From: Eledone cirrhosa
Lineage: Eukaryota
DNA length: 64,000 bases
NCBI GenBank assembly: GCA_964016885.1
Contig: OZ024742.1
Location: 352,532,001-352,596,000 of the forward strand
Reading direction: 5' to 3'
Shown here: one piece after another, positions 60,829-64,000 of the stretch
How the letters are laid out: each line of letters opens with the position of its first letter
Numbering within the stretch: position 1 is the stretch's first letter
Program-made: the position numbers and the translations under genes
Notes under the pieces: model-generated
What the model saw: the letters and a program-made list of their open reading frames with translations, nothing else
The model's database searches: none
Told to the model about the DNA's origin: nothing

Positions 60829-63800
60829 GGCGATCTACGTAGGAAATCGTATCATCGTGAGCTCCGCAAACGATTCTTGTTTTCAGTGGTTTCAAATTGC
60901 CATTAATGGAAATGTTTTGTTGTTAAGTGTTTATAACGTCACTTATATTGCTTTCGGAAAATGACACTCAAAAAGATCGGGGCCTTGAGCCCAAAATTTA
61001 AACTTTTATAATTATTAAACAAAAATTTCTTTGAAAAAATCATGGACGACTCACAGCTACACCAAGCTGACAGCCTTCCTCACAAACTAACACCTCACAC
61101 CAACACCACCATTGTAAATATTACTAAGTTTGCCAAAACTAAAAATATTAGCAGTAGCAATAATTTAGATTTGTCTCATGCATACATTCATTTCCCGCCA
61201 CTAGCCAAAACTGCAGGTGTTAAAGCCGCCACAGCGACAACAGAAACAAAAGAAAACAATAAATTATTGTCCCGTGACATCGAAATGGATTCACTCAGAA
61301 TCGACACTTCCACACCGAAAACTACTGACGCCACCACAATCACAACTGAAACCAAACATAAAAAGAACAAAAATAACAATAACAACAACAGCAATAACAA
61401 CAATGAAAATTATAACAAACACATCAACACCACAGCAAATGTGTCGTTTGCCAAAGCAGCCAAGAAATGCGAAACAATCGAGGTAAATCAGGAAGAATTA
61501 AATGAAGCCAAGATAATGGTAAAGAAAGATGGGTACAGGGACAGCCTCACCTCCCCACCCACACCTAATAATATGGAGCATAGGCGCCTATGCGCCGTGT
61601 TTTATCGGACGATTAACACAAAATCGCGCCGAGTGGAACGGGCATCCGAGTCCCAAATCCAAAAAGCTTTGCACATGTGTGGGCGGAAAAACCCACAACC
61701 AAAATCAACGCCTGTGGAGGATATGCCACTCTCCGACCTATCGCAACTGGAGACAGATTGTGACGACGAAGAGTGGCAAACGGTATCAGGAAAAAATAAA
61801 AAAAAAATAAGCCAAAAAATAAAAAAATGCTCTTCCTTCTCCCTCCAAAAACAAAATATAGAGGGAAACATATAAACTATCAAACAAAAAAGTTAGGTCA
61901 GCTATGCCACCATCCACACGAGCATCACCAACCCCATCACCACAAACACCAGCAACATCACCATCATTAACCCCAACACCACCATCACCAACACCACAGA
62001 AGTCACCAAAAAGCGAAACAGAAACAAACCCACAACAAACGCAAACAAGACAAAACAACCAAAACGATACACACTACACAGCATTAAATTTGAACAACAA
62101 TCCATTATTACACTACATCCAACACAACACCAGCATCACAGAAAAAGACTACACAACAGCCCAAAAGTTCACACCGCCTCCACACATAGAATTCACTCGC
62201 ATCACACAGAAAACGTACGAGAAACTAAAACAAAAATTCCCCAAAGACATCGGAGACTTCCGACAAGCACTCTCCAGGAGGATTTATAAGGTTATCCTTC
62301 CGGAGGAGACCACAAGCAGTGAAAAGGATGGGGAAACCATCCTTCCTCTACGAGAAATAAGGTAAGTGGTCTTTCCCATCTTTTCCACTCCATTCCAACA
62401 TGACCTCACTCAGAATAGGCAGCTTACCTGCGTATGGATTGGGGTCGTCATGGAAGCCGGGCCACCTGCTCAACGACCTCAGGTAACTAAACATAGATGT
62501 AGTGGCCATCAGCGAAACCAGAATCTCCGAAGCACAGGCCTTCGCACCGATCTTCGGCGGCTATCATGTATACGCATCTCCAGCCGTCCTGGATCGGGGG
62601 GTGGAGTTGCTGTGTTTTTTCGGTGAGGTTTGGATCTCGCCTTACGGGCCATCTTCCTGGACCCAGAGGGTAAGTTGGCGGTGCTGGACGTGACCACCGG
62701 AGACAGGACATATTTCAGTCTAGTGGCCGTTATGCCGGGACAGGAACAGGGCGGCCTGATTTCTTCCGGCGTCTGGAGATGTTTCTTGGAACGTCCTGCT
62801 CTTTAGTGATAGTGGACAACTGAAACGCGATAGTAATTGAACGCTGGGATTAGCAAATAGGGGAGGAGGATGCAAGACCCTCACCAACCTGCTCAGGTGT
62901 TTTGAACTGTCTGACAGATAACGATTGGATTGCCCGAATGCGCAAATCTAGACTTGGACCAACCGCATCGGGTCATCCAGATAATAACTAGATAGAGTAT
63001 TTTGTAGGGAAATAGATAGGTCTAGCATAGGCTGTCCACAATTCAAGATAGTCAGCTATACAGACCACAAATTCGTGTTCTGTGTGCTTGACTTAGATAG
63101 GCTTCATAGACGTGGGTCCGGCTACTGGAAGATAAACGCGTCCTTACCAGCAAGGCCTACAGAGACCGGATTAGCGAACCAGTTAAGCGGGCGTTGACGG
63201 GGGCCACCGTCAATAACAAGTGGTGGTTTGCTCTGCAAACCGCGATTACAATAGAGTTATTTAGGTTTAGTAAGGCTTTAACTATAGAGAAAAAGAGAGC
63301 AGAGGGAGAACTAGTTAGAAAATTAGACGAAGCTCTTAGGAAAGGCATCACGACCGACGTACTTGCGGCGAAATTGGCCCTTGACCAAGTCTTCAACGCA
63401 AATGACGAAGGCTGCGTTGTCAGAGCTAGGGTGCGTGCTCTCAGACACGAGGGGACGAAAGCCGTTCAATGGGCCAGAGTGGCGGAGGCGCGTCGTTGCA
63501 ACAAAGCCAAATTCTGTCTTTGGTGGACCACGACGGGCGCATACTACTCAATCCCGGGCAAATGTGTGAAACTTTTAAGCGACACTTCGCTCAGCTGTTC
63601 GGGGTCAGCGGCGCGCCGGATCAAGGGATGGACTTTAGTGTCTACCTCGACGGACTGCCGCCTCTCTCGGCCGCTGAGGCGGAGTGTTGCGAAAAGCCGA
63701 TGGTCTGGTTTGGAGCGGCGCAGAGATGCGCCATTCCCGACAGATCCATCCACGATAACCTCCACCTCATGCGATACATTGTGGTGAGGGTAGCTAGGGA

Positions 63801-64000
63801 ACCTGGCACGCGTGGGTCCTTGATAAATTGCGATCAGTCGAAAGCTTTCGATAGGGTCGACCTTCGTAACACTGCGGCAGTCCTGAGGGTGGCTGGCTTT
63901 GGGCCCGTCTTCAGAGGCTGGATCTATGCTATGCTCAGTGACATCTGCTCTGTTGTGAGTGTGAACGGTCACCTTTCGAAACCGTTTAACATCATGCGCT
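60829..64000 (+). mobile_element. Diverged Tx1/L1 LINE of the same lineage, running off the window
   Basis: ORF1 61042-62365 (RVERASESQIQKAL vs RVERATKAQIQKAL); ORF2 from 62400; TGATVNNKWW, DQSKAFDRVD. Confidence 0.88.

Overview
AT-rich, microsatellite-laden eukaryotic DNA with no convincing host gene. The SINE families resemble those of Octopus (from recall, not from a search). About half the window is nested, mostly decayed transposons: four Penelope-like retroelement (PLE) families (two Neptune-type, two Naiad-type) with inverted pseudo-LTRs, a head-to-tail run of Tx1/L1 LINEs, RTE and R4/Dong LINE fragments, a maT/Tc1-mariner transposase relic, Helitron pieces and tRNA-SINEs. The main signal is a dense set of type I hammerhead ribozyme (HHR) motifs, read and folded by eye: about 20 complete or partial copies from about 9 sequence families. 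They include (i) a 483-nt retrozyme-like repeat with two intact HHRs (23143-23912), (ii) two unrelated PLE families whose HHRs carry the compensatory U3-A8 core (TTGAAAA), (iii) HHRs with long stem II insertions, and (iv) small fold-back 'ribozyme hairpins' inserted in (TA)n. A Neptune PLE also has a correctly phased T TTT TTA -1 frameshift site joining an upstream ORF to the RT. Association of HHRs with PLEs is established knowledge; activity of these particular copies is inferred only.
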